A DNA stretch of 64,000 nt. Origin: Trypanosoma brucei. Taxonomy: Eukaryota. The notes beneath the pieces are model-generated. The model searched no databases. It saw only the letters and a list, made by a program, of their open reading frames with translations, and was not told the origin of the DNA. This document shows, one piece after another, positions 1-10,489 of this stretch. Location: NCBI GenBank assembly GCA_000002445.1, contig CP000069.1, positions 832,001 to 896,000 on the forward strand, in the 5' to 3' direction. Each line of letters starts with the position of its first letter. Position 1 is the stretch's first letter. The position numbers and the translations under genes are program-made.

Positions 1-2530
1 GTCTATTCCACGACCTGAAAATTCTTTACATCTTGAGTTGTATAATTGCTCGCTCATCTGGGAGCCTCCACGCACGCTTACATGTGGATGGGGTAACTGG
101 ATTCAGGAGGTTGTGTTGCGTGTAAGCGGTCGTGAGTCCGGATCCCGCAACCAAAGGGTTATTGTTCATCCCCCTGTTCTAACGGATACGCTGAGGGACC
201 CATTTCGTGTTTGCGGTATGGCGGCTTTTGGTGCAGATCGGTACGCTGTACTCGCTGCGACAGTTGAACAGGAAGGTTGTGTGGGAGAATTGGGCGTGCG
301 CATCGTGGACCGCGCAACATTCGATCCCGTTTACTGCGCAAGAATAGCTACAAGCCACAAGCACACTTTGCAGTTTTGTTTGGCTTTCACACAAGCTAGT
401 TGTGAGAGTGCCTTTGAGGCACCAAAACTCACCATGAACAACACCCCTCAGCATGATCCCGCACTCCCAACAAAAGGGTCCATGTACTTTGTTGGATGCG
501 GCGACGTTATCATTAGGGCAGCACCTGCCGACGAAGATGATCACGTTCAGTATCTTCTGGGTGTGGGTCAAGTTCCGGAGGCTTATGAGTACGCACAAAA
601 ATATGCTCTTACAAGGTACGATTTGAAGGGTATCGGTTGGCGGATGCTTCAACATCTTTTAGCGGTTGGAAAACATGAGGAAGCTGCTTTTCATCTCCCC
701 CGCATAATTCAGTATGATTGTACCGAGTGGGAAACCTGGATAGTGAAGTTTGATCAGCGGGGGTTATCTCACTTGTTAGCAGATGTGGTTCCCACCAAGT
801 TGCCCGGGAACGGCAGTCAGAGTGGTTGCGCTGGAGAGACAGGCAATCGTTCCGAAAGGATAGGAGAGGAATATTATGAACTTCTTCTTCAACGTTGTCT
901 AGAGAAAGATGTGGCGCGATTCAGGAAGGCGGTGCGGCGCCTCTCCGGTCTTTACAAGTTGGAAGTTATCTGCCGCGCAGCAGAAGTACGATACAACGAT
1001 TGGCGTTTGCAAGTGCATCGTGGTAGTAATGTTCCTGAAGAAGAGATGCGGGACCTTGGTGATGCTTATGGTATGCTTTTGAAACTTAATGGACAATACA
1101 ACGAGGCATTGCGGGTTCTGTCGCGTGTTGCTCACAGTAATGAACTGTTTGAACTTGTCCAGGAAAGGCATCTCTTTAGTGAGGCATTGGAACTTCTTCC
1201 TGAGCTGTTTGCCACAAACGAAGGCAAGACTGTGGAGCTTTTGCTGACACCGGCCCCAATTAGCAGCAGCACCACCACTTCATCCAACGCCCCTGCAACT
1301 TTGACAGAGGACGAGAATGACATCGATGACCACTGCTTGGGTCCTCCTTTGCTTTTCCCCCCTGCGTCTGTGGTTCAGCGTCTAGAGTTTGCACACCGTG
1401 GATATTTGTGGTCATACCTGAAGGCACTGAAAATGCACGATAAGGCTGCATACAAGGAAATACTGAGGGTGTATGTTCAACTTGTAGCCACACTTTTCAT
1501 CGAAAACGAACCTTCCGGCATGTTACAGTTCCTCCGTGAGAATTACTCCATGCTGCCCAAGTTAAAGGAGATATATGCACTTTGCAAAAAAGAGCAAATG
1601 CTTGACGAAATGGTTTTTCTATTGTTGCGAATGGGTAAGGAAGAGGAGGGTCTTTACGTTATCGTACACGAAATGAAGAACATGAGAAAAGCGGTACAAT
1701 TTGTTGCCGATGTACCTAACAAAGAGGACCAAACTAGTCTCTATAAGAAGTTAATACACATGGTGTTAGAGGCTAACGCCGGTTTTCCCAGCCGTAACGG
1801 TCAAAAATACATTGAACATGAAATGAAAGCAGATGAAACACTGTCGAGCATCGCAAGGAGGTATGGTGTTGACGAAAGTGATCTGCGCGCGGCAAACCCC
1901 GTTCTGGACGCAGAGGGAGGAGGGGGTTGTAGTGGCAACGTATCTGATTTAGGTGATGTGGTTCCCCAACGCCGTACTTGCATTGTGCCTTTGGATTTGA
2001 CGAAGGAACTTATCGAAGCTGTTGTCGATATGTCGGTCGCACATTTGGTAACACTAGACCCCTCACTCATTATCGAACTACTTCCTGATGAGGAACCAAT
2101 GCCCCACGTAGGAAATTGTTTAGCCACTGTCGCGCGTAGCAAAGCCAACAGTGTGGCCCTCATGGAAGCTGTCGTGTGTGTGGCCACGAGTGACTTATTA
2201 ACTTGCTTCGAGTCATTTTACAAGCGCGAGCTATCCTGTATTCGTGTAACTCACGATGGTGCAGTGTGTCCCCTTTGTCGACGCCCAACGTCAGAGGGTG
2301 TTGTTGTTTTTAGGTGCTTACACGCTCATCATTTGCGATGTGTGGTGAATTACTTCTCTGGAGATAACACACTATTCGATTCATTGAGCAATGACGAAGT
2401 CGAACGAATCCTCAAAGACCCTGATGGATTCATCAACTCAACGCAGTGGTCTGGACCGATAAGTTGTTGTTTTTGTAACCAGTTGACCAGAGTGGCAGAA
2501 TTAGTTGAGGTTGAAATGCAGAGCGCATAG
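1..2530 (+). CDS. 5'-truncated CDS: Vps41/Vps18-type (HOPS/CORVET-like) vacuolar sorting protein, C-terminal portion with RING-H2 finger
   Basis: The reading frame is open from nt 2 to the stop at 2528-2530, with no stop before the window edge, so the gene almost certainly begins upstream. The track start at 38 is a TTG; the first in-frame ATG is at 218. The C-terminal CPLCRRP...FRCLHAHHLRC is a RING-H2 pattern. The preceding LDEMVFLLLRMGKEEEGLYVIVHEMKNMRKAVQFVADVPNKEDQTSLYKKLIHMVL resembles the clathrin-heavy-chain-repeat segment that precedes the RING in Vps41/Vps18/Vps8. Confidence 0.5.
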   Translation, partial: SIPRPENSLHLELYNCSLIWEPPRTLTCGWGNWIQEVVLRVSGRESGSRNQRVIVHPPVLTDTLRDPFRVCGMAAFGADRYAVLAATVEQEGCVGELGVRIVDRATFDPVYCARIATSHKHTLQFCLAFTQASCESAFEAPKLTMNNTPQHDPALPTKGSMYFVGCGDVIIRAAPADEDDHVQYLLGVGQVPEAYEYAQKYALTRYDLKGIGWRMLQHLLAVGKHEEAAFHLPRIIQYDCTEWETWIVKFDQRGLSHLLADVVPTKLPGNGSQSGCAGETGNRSERIGEEYYELLLQRCLEKDVARFRKAVRRLSGLYKLEVICRAAEVRYNDWRLQVHRGSNVPEEEMRDLGDAYGMLLKLNGQYNEALRVLSRVAHSNELFELVQERHLFSEALELLPELFATNEGKTVELLLTPAPISSSTTTSSNAPATLTEDENDIDDHCLGPPLLFPPASVVQRLEFAHRGYLWSYLKALKMHDKAAYKEILRVYVQLVATLFIENEPSGMLQFLRENYSMLPKLKEIYALCKKEQMLDEMVFLLLRMGKEEEGLYVIVHEMKNMRKAVQFVADVPNKEDQTSLYKKLIHMVLEANAGFPSRNGQKYIEHEMKADETLSSIARRYGVDESDLRAANPVLDAEGGGGCSGNVSDLGDVVPQRRTCIVPLDLTKELIEAVVDMSVAHLVTLDPSLIIELLPDEEPMPHVGNCLATVARSKANSVALMEAVVCVATSDLLTCFESFYKRELSCIRVTHDGAVCPLCRRPTSEGVVVFRCLHAHHLRCVVNYFSGDNTLFDSLSNDEVERILKDPDGFINSTQWSGPISCCFCNQLTRVAELVEVEMQSA

Positions 2531-2952
2531 GAGTGGGTGAAAGGTGTATAGTTTTGCTTCGCTATATAGGTGAAACATCAACGCATATCACTTCTTGTTC
2601 CTTTTTTTTTCTGTTTTTAAAAGAATATTTACTCAACACAAACATTCAGGTTGTTTCTTTTATACGTGTGTTTGCGCGAACAATGTATCATGGAGCACAA
2701 ATATCTGTTACATTTGGGAAGCTTCCTACACCCGCTCTTTTGTGCTGTATTTCACCATTAACCCGGTGATGCGTCCCGGTAGACGCACTTTTAATATGTT
2801 TTTGTGTATGCATCATTTGTTGTGTGTTCTGTTGATGCTTTATTCCCTCTTCTGTCGGAGGGTTGTCATATTTTTTACTTTCTTCCACACCATTTTTAAT
2901 CGCGCAGTAATAGGACACACGATATAAGCATCGTAGCGCGCAGCCACATCCA

Positions 2953-3816
2953 ATGCGACGTAGCGTTATTCGGCAGCGTAAGGAGTTTTTAGAGAGGAGA
3001 CAGAATGAACATGTACACGCGGCGATATATACAAAGAAGGAGCAGTTCCGTGATGCCATTCAAAACGCCACCCCCCTTCCTGGTCATCTGCGCAAGGATG
3101 CTCTTGCCCTAAAGAAATTCTCTGAATTAGATGATGACCAAACAAAAGTACTGCAGACGACTGTTGACGACGAGTACGCCAAAGCTGGAGTGGAGGATCC
3201 GCATGTACTCGTAACAACATCACGTGAACCTTCCCAGAAACTGTTGGAGTTCGCTAAGGAAGTGCGTCTCATTATTCCCAATGCGGTGCGCTTAAACAGG
3301 GGTAACCTCAACATTCGGCAACTTATGGAGGCAGCAAGACGTGATCAGTACAGCGATGTAGTGGTTTTGCAGGAATCTCAGGGCGTCCCTGACAGTCTAA
3401 CCATCTCTCATTTACCTCTAGGACCCACAGTAGTCTTCACAATACACAACCTTGTGACACGACATGACATTGAAGATGTCGGTACAATGTCAGAGCAGTA
3501 TCCACACCTAATTTTCGAAAACTTCACAACGAAGTTGGGTTGTCGCATACGGGATGTGCTCAAGTACCTTTTTCCCGTACCCAAACCAGAGGCCACACGT
3601 GTGCTGACATTTGACAACCAGAATGACTTTATAAGTTTTCGTCACCATACCTTTAAGATGGTTAAGAAAAGCAACGTGCAGCTAACGGAAGTGGGCCCAC
3701 GCATGGAATTGTCACCCTGCCGAATAATGTTGGGGACTCTCGAGATGGATGATGCAGAGACGGAATGGGTTCTGCAACCGTACATGAACACAGCGAAGAA
3801 GCGGAGACTGATGTAA
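2953..3816 (+). CDS. IMP4: Brix-domain ribosome biogenesis protein, Imp4-like (U3 snoRNP)
   Basis: ATG start. N-terminus MRRSVIRQRKEFLERRQ is typical of Imp4. Brix-domain core PHVLVTTSREPSQKLLEFAKEVRLIIPNAVRLNRGNLNIRQLMEAARRDQYSDVVVLQE... continues to a C-terminal FRHHTFKM... 287 aa. Confidence 0.75.
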   Translation: MRRSVIRQRKEFLERRQNEHVHAAIYTKKEQFRDAIQNATPLPGHLRKDALALKKFSELDDDQTKVLQTTVDDEYAKAGVEDPHVLVTTSREPSQKLLEFAKEVRLIIPNAVRLNRGNLNIRQLMEAARRDQYSDVVVLQESQGVPDSLTISHLPLGPTVVFTIHNLVTRHDIEDVGTMSEQYPHLIFENFTTKLGCRIRDVLKYLFPVPKPEATRVLTFDNQNDFISFRHHTFKMVKKSNVQLTEVGPRMELSPCRIMLGTLEMDDAETEWVLQPYMNTAKKRRLM

Positions 3817-4358
3817 GGGAGATGCGCGCCGAGATTAAGCAATCCTTTTTCTTCTCCGTAGTTTCGCAATGAAAAATGTTAGCCGTTGTCATTTGAGGGT
3901 ATTATGGTTACTTGAAGCGACATGTTAGCTTTATACCCTAATCCCCATTTCATTATTTTAAACCTTCGTTTAAAATTGTAAGCAACGACAAGGAGTATGA
4001 GATTTAATAATAACGGTGACTTTGGGCGGTTCCGTGCCGAGTGAAACCTCCTGCGCTTTCCTTAATTTGCACGTATTCTTGAGGGTGGTGGAGACGGCTT
4101 TAAATCGTTCTAAAGTTTGTGTCGCGGGAACATCTCCATATAGATGTATGGGTTTATTTATTTAGAATATTGGTTTTTCGTATTCTTTTCGAATTAACTT
4201 TTGTGTTTCTTTTCCTCTAACTTTTCTTACTAAAAGATTTAAGCGATCACTTATTCCGTTTATCACAAACAAAGCAACACCGACGATAGCAGCAGCAAGA
4301 AAGACAAACAAGAACAGGTAAAGCAACAGAGTTTTTTTTTCTGTTTTAAAAAGTTCAT

Positions 4359-5357
4359 ATGTTTTGTTTTTCTCGTTTCGCTCTCTGTGCTGCGGCGCCT
4401 CGTGTGCTTGTAACTGGAGCTCTGGGTCAAATCGGAACTGATCTTAGCCTTGCATTGCGAGACAAGTTTGGTGCAGACTCCGTCCTGGTGAGTGATGTGG
4501 TTGAGCCAGGTGCAAAGCACCCACTTGCCGGTTTAAAGGGCGTTGAGAAGCTCGACTGCCTCGACAGCAACGGTTTTGAGAAGTTGGTGAAGGAGTTTAA
4601 ACCAACATGGATGTATCACCTCCCGGCTATTATGTCCGTCCGTGGTGAAGCGGAACCTGATCTTGCGATGGATATCAACGTTAACACCACACGTTATGCA
4701 CTTGAGCTTGCTCGGAAGTACAATATACGTATTTTCATTCCAAGCACCATCGCCGCCTTTGGTGACAAGTGTGGGAAGACTATGACGAAGGATGATACCA
4801 TCATGAACCCCTCCACGGTGTACGGTGTGACGAAAGTTTACACGGAATTGCTCGGCACGTGGTACCGTCAAAAGTACGGTGTGGATTTCCGCAGTGTGCG
4901 TCTACCTGGTATTATATCTGCTGCAACGCTCCCTGGTGGAGGTGCCACAGACTACGCCATTCACATGTACCATTCTGCACTTCTGCAGAAGAAATGTGTG
5001 TGTCCTGTTCTCCCTTACGAGTCACTCCCTATGATGTACATGCCCGACACACTGAACAGTTTGGTAAAAATCATGGAGGCGCCCCTTGAGAAGTTGACTC
5101 GCACGGTGTACAACATAACTGGTTTTAGTTTTTCCCCATCGGAACTGAGGTTCAGCATTGAGAGGTGTACTGACCGCACCATTGAGGTGGAATATGTGGA
5201 GGGTCCTGCTCAAAAGATTGCAAACTCGTGGCCAGACAGTCTCGATGACAGCAACGCACGCAATGACTGGGGACACCAGGTGAAATATGATATTGATATG
5301 ATGAGCGAAGATATGTTGCGGCAGATACCAATCCTTCATGGACTTCCATCCTTGTGA
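4359..5357 (+). CDS. TDH: L-threonine 3-dehydrogenase (NAD-dependent epimerase/dehydratase fold), mitochondrial
   Basis: ATG preceded by a T-rich tract. N-terminal presequence-like MFCFSRFALCAAAP is followed by the Rossmann motif VLVTGALGQIGTDL. Catalytic YGVTKVYTE (YxxxK) is present. Length 332 aa, which I recall matches T. brucei TDH. Confidence 0.85.
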   Translation: MFCFSRFALCAAAPRVLVTGALGQIGTDLSLALRDKFGADSVLVSDVVEPGAKHPLAGLKGVEKLDCLDSNGFEKLVKEFKPTWMYHLPAIMSVRGEAEPDLAMDINVNTTRYALELARKYNIRIFIPSTIAAFGDKCGKTMTKDDTIMNPSTVYGVTKVYTELLGTWYRQKYGVDFRSVRLPGIISAATLPGGGATDYAIHMYHSALLQKKCVCPVLPYESLPMMYMPDTLNSLVKIMEAPLEKLTRTVYNITGFSFSPSELRFSIERCTDRTIEVEYVEGPAQKIANSWPDSLDDSNARNDWGHQVKYDIDMMSEDMLRQIPILHGLPSL

Positions 5358-7181
5358 GTATGAAAGAAAAAAACAAAAATAAATAAACGAAGGAGCGAAG
5401 CGGCGGAAACGCATGGTTGCATGCGCATATTCGGGTTTCTGCAAAGGTATGTGTATGGTTGTTGAAGATGGGAAACTAATAAAAGAAAGGGAAAGAGAAA
5501 TGATGCCGCTCGTCAAGACGAAAATACCCACGAAGGAAAATAAACAGTAGGAACTTGAAAACATCCTGCAGTCGATGGTGGAAACTCATTAATTTTTTTG
5601 TTCGACTTAGCGTACGTAATCCCTCCTTTTTACGTCCTCCTTGTTTCTTTTCGAACTAATCTTCGTTTTACTTTTTCTGATACACTCTATCACTGCATGG
5701 GGGTTGTTAAGTATCTTTTTACTGTCTTTGATCGTTGAAGGTTCTTGTAATTCCTTCTTGGGTAAAAGGGAAGAAACGAAAGAAGAATTGTATTGTGTTT
5801 TCGTTAACGGGATAATTCTTATCGTTTCGCATTCCTTTTTTTTCTTTTCATTCTTTATATTTTTGTGATCAACGCCTTTATCTTTTTTCTTTTATTCGCT
5901 TGTTGTTTTTAATAGTGCTATTGGGAAGGGGGAGGTGAAGCGTAAATTCGCTTGCGCAGGGCGTGAAGAGGAAATAATAGGAAGATATTGCCTGTAGTGT
6001 TGGAGAGATTGCGTCAAGTAAGGAAAGAAAAGACAAAAAAAATACTGAAATACCAGCAGCAACAATTGTTACGCATTACTCCAGAAACTTTTTTTCTTCC
6101 CGCCCAACCTCTTTCCGCTTCTTCTTATGCCGCAGATATTTTACAATTTTGACGTTACTCGTGTCGTTAGTTTTTTTTTCCGTCGGGTTGCAATGCGGTA
6201 ATGGGCCTTTAGCGTTCATCATATTTTTCAATTTATTTGTGCCATTTCTGTGTGTTCCTCAGCTTCTCCCTCGCTTCATTTTACTGTTGTTGTGTCGCCT
6301 TGTAATTATTTCATTATCTTTCCTTATGTTTTATTCAATGTACGCATCAATGCCATTCACACAAAGTTTTGACCTCCACTAAGCGAATGGGGGAGGAAGA
6401 AAATTTGAATTTAAAAAGCAATTTTTTTTTTTTACTTTGTTACCTTATGGAGTCGTTGTTGCTCTCGTTGTGAACAACACATTCGCACATTCACACACAT
6501 ATACGCATATATAAAGCGGGTGCTTCTCGCTTCCGTACAATCATCATCGTCATGTACCACATGGACTGAAAAGAACGTAACTCTCAGTTTCTGCGGAAGG
6601 AGACAATTAACCGTAATACCGAATGGTGTTGTTTTCGTATCGTCCTATATTTTTCTGTTGTACCGATTGCTGATATTGTCGCAACCTCTCTTTCCACTCT
6701 GGATATGGTGGGAATGAAATGTCATCGGTGAATGAATGAAAGCGGAAGTATTTGAAAGAACACGCACAATGGGAGAGCATGTGAACGGTTCCTGTCGTTA
6801 CTATCATTATTGTGTGTTGGATAATTTTTATTCATATTATTTATAGCTTTCCCCTTGCACTGCGGTCCTATCTCGTCACTTTTCCACAGGGGGAAGTGCT
6901 ATAAAACTTGATGTTTCGATAACATCTTTCGAATGGTTTTATTCCTCTAATTTTTTAAATGTTTTTTTTTACATATGTTCTCTCCTTTCCTTTCTTTGTT
7001 ATTTTTCTCTTTTCTTCTCGTTGTTGCTTTTACTACTCAAGTTCTCTGGTATACTATTTTTGTTGCCGAGTAAAAATATCATTTGATATATATATATATA
7101 TATATATTGGGAAGTGAAAAGCTTTATCTGGCCAAGTTGTTGAGAATATTTCACTACGGGAGGGGATAGAATTTAAACCGT

Positions 7182-9824
7182 ATGTCAGCCCGAAACAAAA
7201 TGGGACTTGAGCAGGCCGGAAGTGCCGTGCCGAGTTCCACATCAGGGTATGTTTCCACCAGCCGACATTCAAAAACTTCGGAAAGTCGCAGATCCGGTGA
7301 CCGGCAAGTAGTGCGTGGAATGGATTCCGTACGTTCGTTTTTTTCCAGAAACTGTAAACCAGCGGAGGTGAACAAACCGTCGAGTTGCCGGAGAAGGGCG
7401 TTGCAGACGTCACTCCCGGTGGAAGGGGGTAACACTACACGAGGGGAAATAGTTGCGAAGTCATTAGACTCTTGGATTACGAAGAGACCAGCGAGCGCTT
7501 CCGCATCGCATGAAGTACCAGCGAAGGTTCCCGATAAGAGAAGATTTATACGGCTGTCGCAGTCGTCGCTTTCCTCCATCATGACTGATCAAAGTTTAGT
7601 CACGCAACCACTTCTCGATACACCAGAAGGGTATGATCACACTGCAGGGTTAAGGGTGGAAAGTGAATCGGGGGATTTGGTGTCGGCGTGTACTCAACGT
7701 CCGGTTAAAAACAGTCACTGTGTTTCCCCTTCCCTTCGCTGTTCCAACGTCGGGGAACCCCATTTATCCATCTCGAAACAACTGACAGATGACAAATGCC
7801 GTATCGGTAAGCACAATGGATCAACAAAATATATGAATAATGTCGTTTCGTCTTTGCCCATCTCCATTTATTCCTCACCGGAAACATTCAGTTGCAGTAA
7901 CGAAGCCACTCAGCAATCGAATGGGAAGGAGGGAAAAGTGAAGGCGGAGAAGAGGCCTCGGCCGCAAATGTCACCGGGGCAACACACATCAATGTGCAGT
8001 GCGGATCAAAACCAGATGGCGGTGTCGAACGATAGGGAAATGGATGAGCGAGAGCGATTAGGAACTGAGCCTTCTAACAAACTAGAGCTGCCTCGGGGAG
8101 TGCTGGGAATCGAAGGAATTTTGTCGTTTGAAGAGAATCCGGCACTTGCAAGGGCTGATTTTAATGTTGGCTTGCGTGTGTTGGTGCAGCGGGAAGGAGA
8201 GTGGCTTTTTGCCACTGTCGTGTCGCGGGAGGAAAATGGTTACGTGGATGTTTGTCTGGAGGGTAACGGAACCACGATTCGGTCGACAACGAGTAACCTC
8301 CGAGTAGATGAAGCGAAAACTGGCAGCAGTACAGAAAGGAAGATAAGCAGCGGGAAAGACGAGAAGTGTGCTCCGTTAGTGTCGTCTCCGAAACAAACCA
8401 ATTTGGAAGTGATTGGGATGAGCGAGGCGACTTCTCCCAACCTGACAGCACCGGAAAAGACACAAACAGGGCCTTGTGAAGAAGTAAGTAGTAAGCGGGT
8501 ACATCCCTCGGTAATTTTGATGTATGTTTCTCCCACGGTAGGAGAACGTCTAGGTAAAGATGCGCTACATGTGCTACGAAATTTAACGAAATCGGGGACA
8601 ACACTTGTGGATTCACCCCAAAAGCTGCAGGGAGCATCGCAAAGGATAATGTCAGCAAAAGAACAATATGGAGTTCCACAGCAGTGCGGAAAACATTTGT
8701 GGGGTATTTGCTTCGTTCTTGTTTCTGGTACCGCCGAGCATTATGCAAGGGAGGTTAGAATTATTGATGAGGCGCATGCTGTTGGTATATCTGCAGTATC
8801 TCTAAAGTGGTTGGAGCGATTACACAATGAAGGTTCGTGGAATGCATCTAGTGTGTCGCTGCCGTATCCGGAGGAGTTGATGGATCAGAATGACGGAGGC
8901 GTCTTTCGATGTTCGCTACTGCGTGAGGCTGAGCGAACTCTGCGTCAACATTTGGTGTACATCCCCATAGCTGACCCCGATATAGAAAATCTCATAGAGC
9001 TTAGTGGTGGAAAGGTGACGAGAACACTTCCGCCGAATAAGCAGAACTGTCCAGGGCCTTCAGATCCTCACTGGATATATGTCAAAGACGGGAATCAAAA
9101 TCCACTTCGTACAAGTCATCCAAGCATCAAAACACTTAGTCTCGAAAGGTTACGAAAGCGCATACACAGTTATTTCGCGACTCTTCCATCATCGTTCAGT
9201 GGCCAGGATGATTGTACGTGCTTCGACGTTAAGGCTGATGGTACGCTGGTGGATAAGTGCCTGAAGACGCAAGATGATGAAAATACCGCGTCTGATGGCG
9301 AAACAGCAGCGACAAAAATGGGCGGGGAGGAGCATGATTTCACATTATTTGCTCGACCGTGCGACTACCCGACCCGCGAAGAGCCTAAGATATTACCAGG
9401 AGAAGACTATTACTTTCGTCTTCCACGTGGGGACGACCGGGAGGGCCAAATAAATCAAGCGTTCCCCGTGGCAATGGGTCGCGTTTTGAATGTTAACGGA
9501 TCCAGTGCCCATGGTCGCACAGTGACCATGCAGCTTTACCGCATTACCCGTGTGTACCATGTGCAAGACCCACAAACGGGAAGTATCACCAGCCGTCAGT
9601 GTGTCTGCTTGGGACCCGAAACCGTGAGCGTCATGGAGTCTGATCTCATATTCGACACAGGTCCCTTTGTTTTCCCCCTGGAAGCCATGCAACACCTTTA
9701 CATTTTGGAACAGCAGCAGGACTGCCGCGATGGGGCGTCCGCCGGGCCACCTGCATCTCCTTGGAACTCGCAGTTTTCAACGATGGCACCGCGTCCCACT
9801 CAGTTCCGCCACCGATATTCATAA
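7182..9824 (+). CDS. hypothetical protein (880 aa) with possible Tudor-like barrel and BRCT-like segment
   Basis: A 2.6 kb uninterrupted ATG-initiated ORF on the coding strand of the array. VGLRVLVQREGEWLFATVVSREENGYVDVCLEGNGTTIRSTTSNLRV resembles a Tudor/chromo-barrel. GICFVLVSGTAEHYAREVRIIDEAHAVGISAVSLKWLERL resembles a BRCT repeat. The N-terminus is S/R-rich. Domain calls are pattern-based inference only. Confidence 0.55.
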   Translation: MSARNKMGLEQAGSAVPSSTSGYVSTSRHSKTSESRRSGDRQVVRGMDSVRSFFSRNCKPAEVNKPSSCRRRALQTSLPVEGGNTTRGEIVAKSLDSWITKRPASASASHEVPAKVPDKRRFIRLSQSSLSSIMTDQSLVTQPLLDTPEGYDHTAGLRVESESGDLVSACTQRPVKNSHCVSPSLRCSNVGEPHLSISKQLTDDKCRIGKHNGSTKYMNNVVSSLPISIYSSPETFSCSNEATQQSNGKEGKVKAEKRPRPQMSPGQHTSMCSADQNQMAVSNDREMDERERLGTEPSNKLELPRGVLGIEGILSFEENPALARADFNVGLRVLVQREGEWLFATVVSREENGYVDVCLEGNGTTIRSTTSNLRVDEAKTGSSTERKISSGKDEKCAPLVSSPKQTNLEVIGMSEATSPNLTAPEKTQTGPCEEVSSKRVHPSVILMYVSPTVGERLGKDALHVLRNLTKSGTTLVDSPQKLQGASQRIMSAKEQYGVPQQCGKHLWGICFVLVSGTAEHYAREVRIIDEAHAVGISAVSLKWLERLHNEGSWNASSVSLPYPEELMDQNDGGVFRCSLLREAERTLRQHLVYIPIADPDIENLIELSGGKVTRTLPPNKQNCPGPSDPHWIYVKDGNQNPLRTSHPSIKTLSLERLRKRIHSYFATLPSSFSGQDDCTCFDVKADGTLVDKCLKTQDDENTASDGETAATKMGGEEHDFTLFARPCDYPTREEPKILPGEDYYFRLPRGDDREGQINQAFPVAMGRVLNVNGSSAHGRTVTMQLYRITRVYHVQDPQTGSITSRQCVCLGPETVSVMESDLIFDTGPFVFPLEAMQHLYILEQQQDCRDGASAGPPASPWNSQFSTMAPRPTQFRHRYS

Positions 9825-10489
9825 CTGAGTGCACCTCATGGATCCTTTGTCACTTCTTTCACGTGGGAGACGCCGCACCAAGGTACGAATCTATTACGGC
9901 TTTTTTGCTTTGAGGTACCGCGGGGATTTTAAGGGCCAGGGGCAATGCGCTACTTGTAGTTGATGCAGTAGGCTATGCCACATGGAGATGGTATGGTTGT
10001 GAATTTGAGGACTGTTGCTATTGACACCGTTTAACTTCTGTATTATCGGTTGATTCGGTGTTTTTTTCTGTTTTTATTTTTATTATTGTTTAATAATCAC
10101 TTTGTATTATGGTCCAGTACCCAGTCAATGGGGGGCAGTGATATAGTAAATTTGTTAACAAACGGTACTCCTAGTCCGACAAGTTAGTGATTTTTTTTGC
10201 TTTTTATAACCCTCTTCTTTATGATCCCTTGGATCCCTTCTTATTTTCAGTGAGCTTAACATGCTTGCTTTTTTGGGTTTATTTATGCAGCCGTAGCTCC
10301 TGACGTGTGGACAAGTTTATTTTCGCACTGTGGGTGATCGAGTTAAGTTGCCTGCTTACCTCTATTTGTGTGCCAGTCCTTTGTCTCAAACAAATGTACG
10401 CAGTAATCTAAGAAGTGTCGGTTTCCCCTCTCCTTTTTTTTTTTTGGAACCAAGTGTACTGTTCCGCCTCTTGGCATTGATACTTTTAG

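Noticed and set aside
1832-1906. LysM-like peptide motif (DETLSSIARRYGVDESDLRAANPVL) inside the Vps41-like protein
   Set aside because: It is an isolated short match inside a cytosolic trafficking protein with no second conserved LysM segment, so it is probably coincidental.
2533-2927. Short + strand ORFs (78 and 110 aa) in the spacer between the Vps41-like and Imp4 genes
   Set aside because: They overlap each other in different frames, are F/L/C-rich from the T-rich spacer, and sit where the polypyrimidine tract and poly(A) site are expected.
8161-8748. Antisense ORFs of 100-195 aa overlapping coding-strand genes (for example 8161-8748, 179-655, 5022-5564, 18178-18633, 42207-42725, 57220-57681, 32465-32863)
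   Set aside because: They lie opposite long, well-supported + strand genes in a unidirectional polycistron. They have no recognisable motifs and skewed compositions typical of shadow ORFs.
9930-9960. gccagggg, whose reverse complement resembles the CCCTGGC start of ingi/L1Tc-type retroelements
   Set aside because: The downstream sequence does not continue the retroelement 5' consensus as I remember it. There is no poly(A)-flanked target-site duplication or RT-like ORF nearby.
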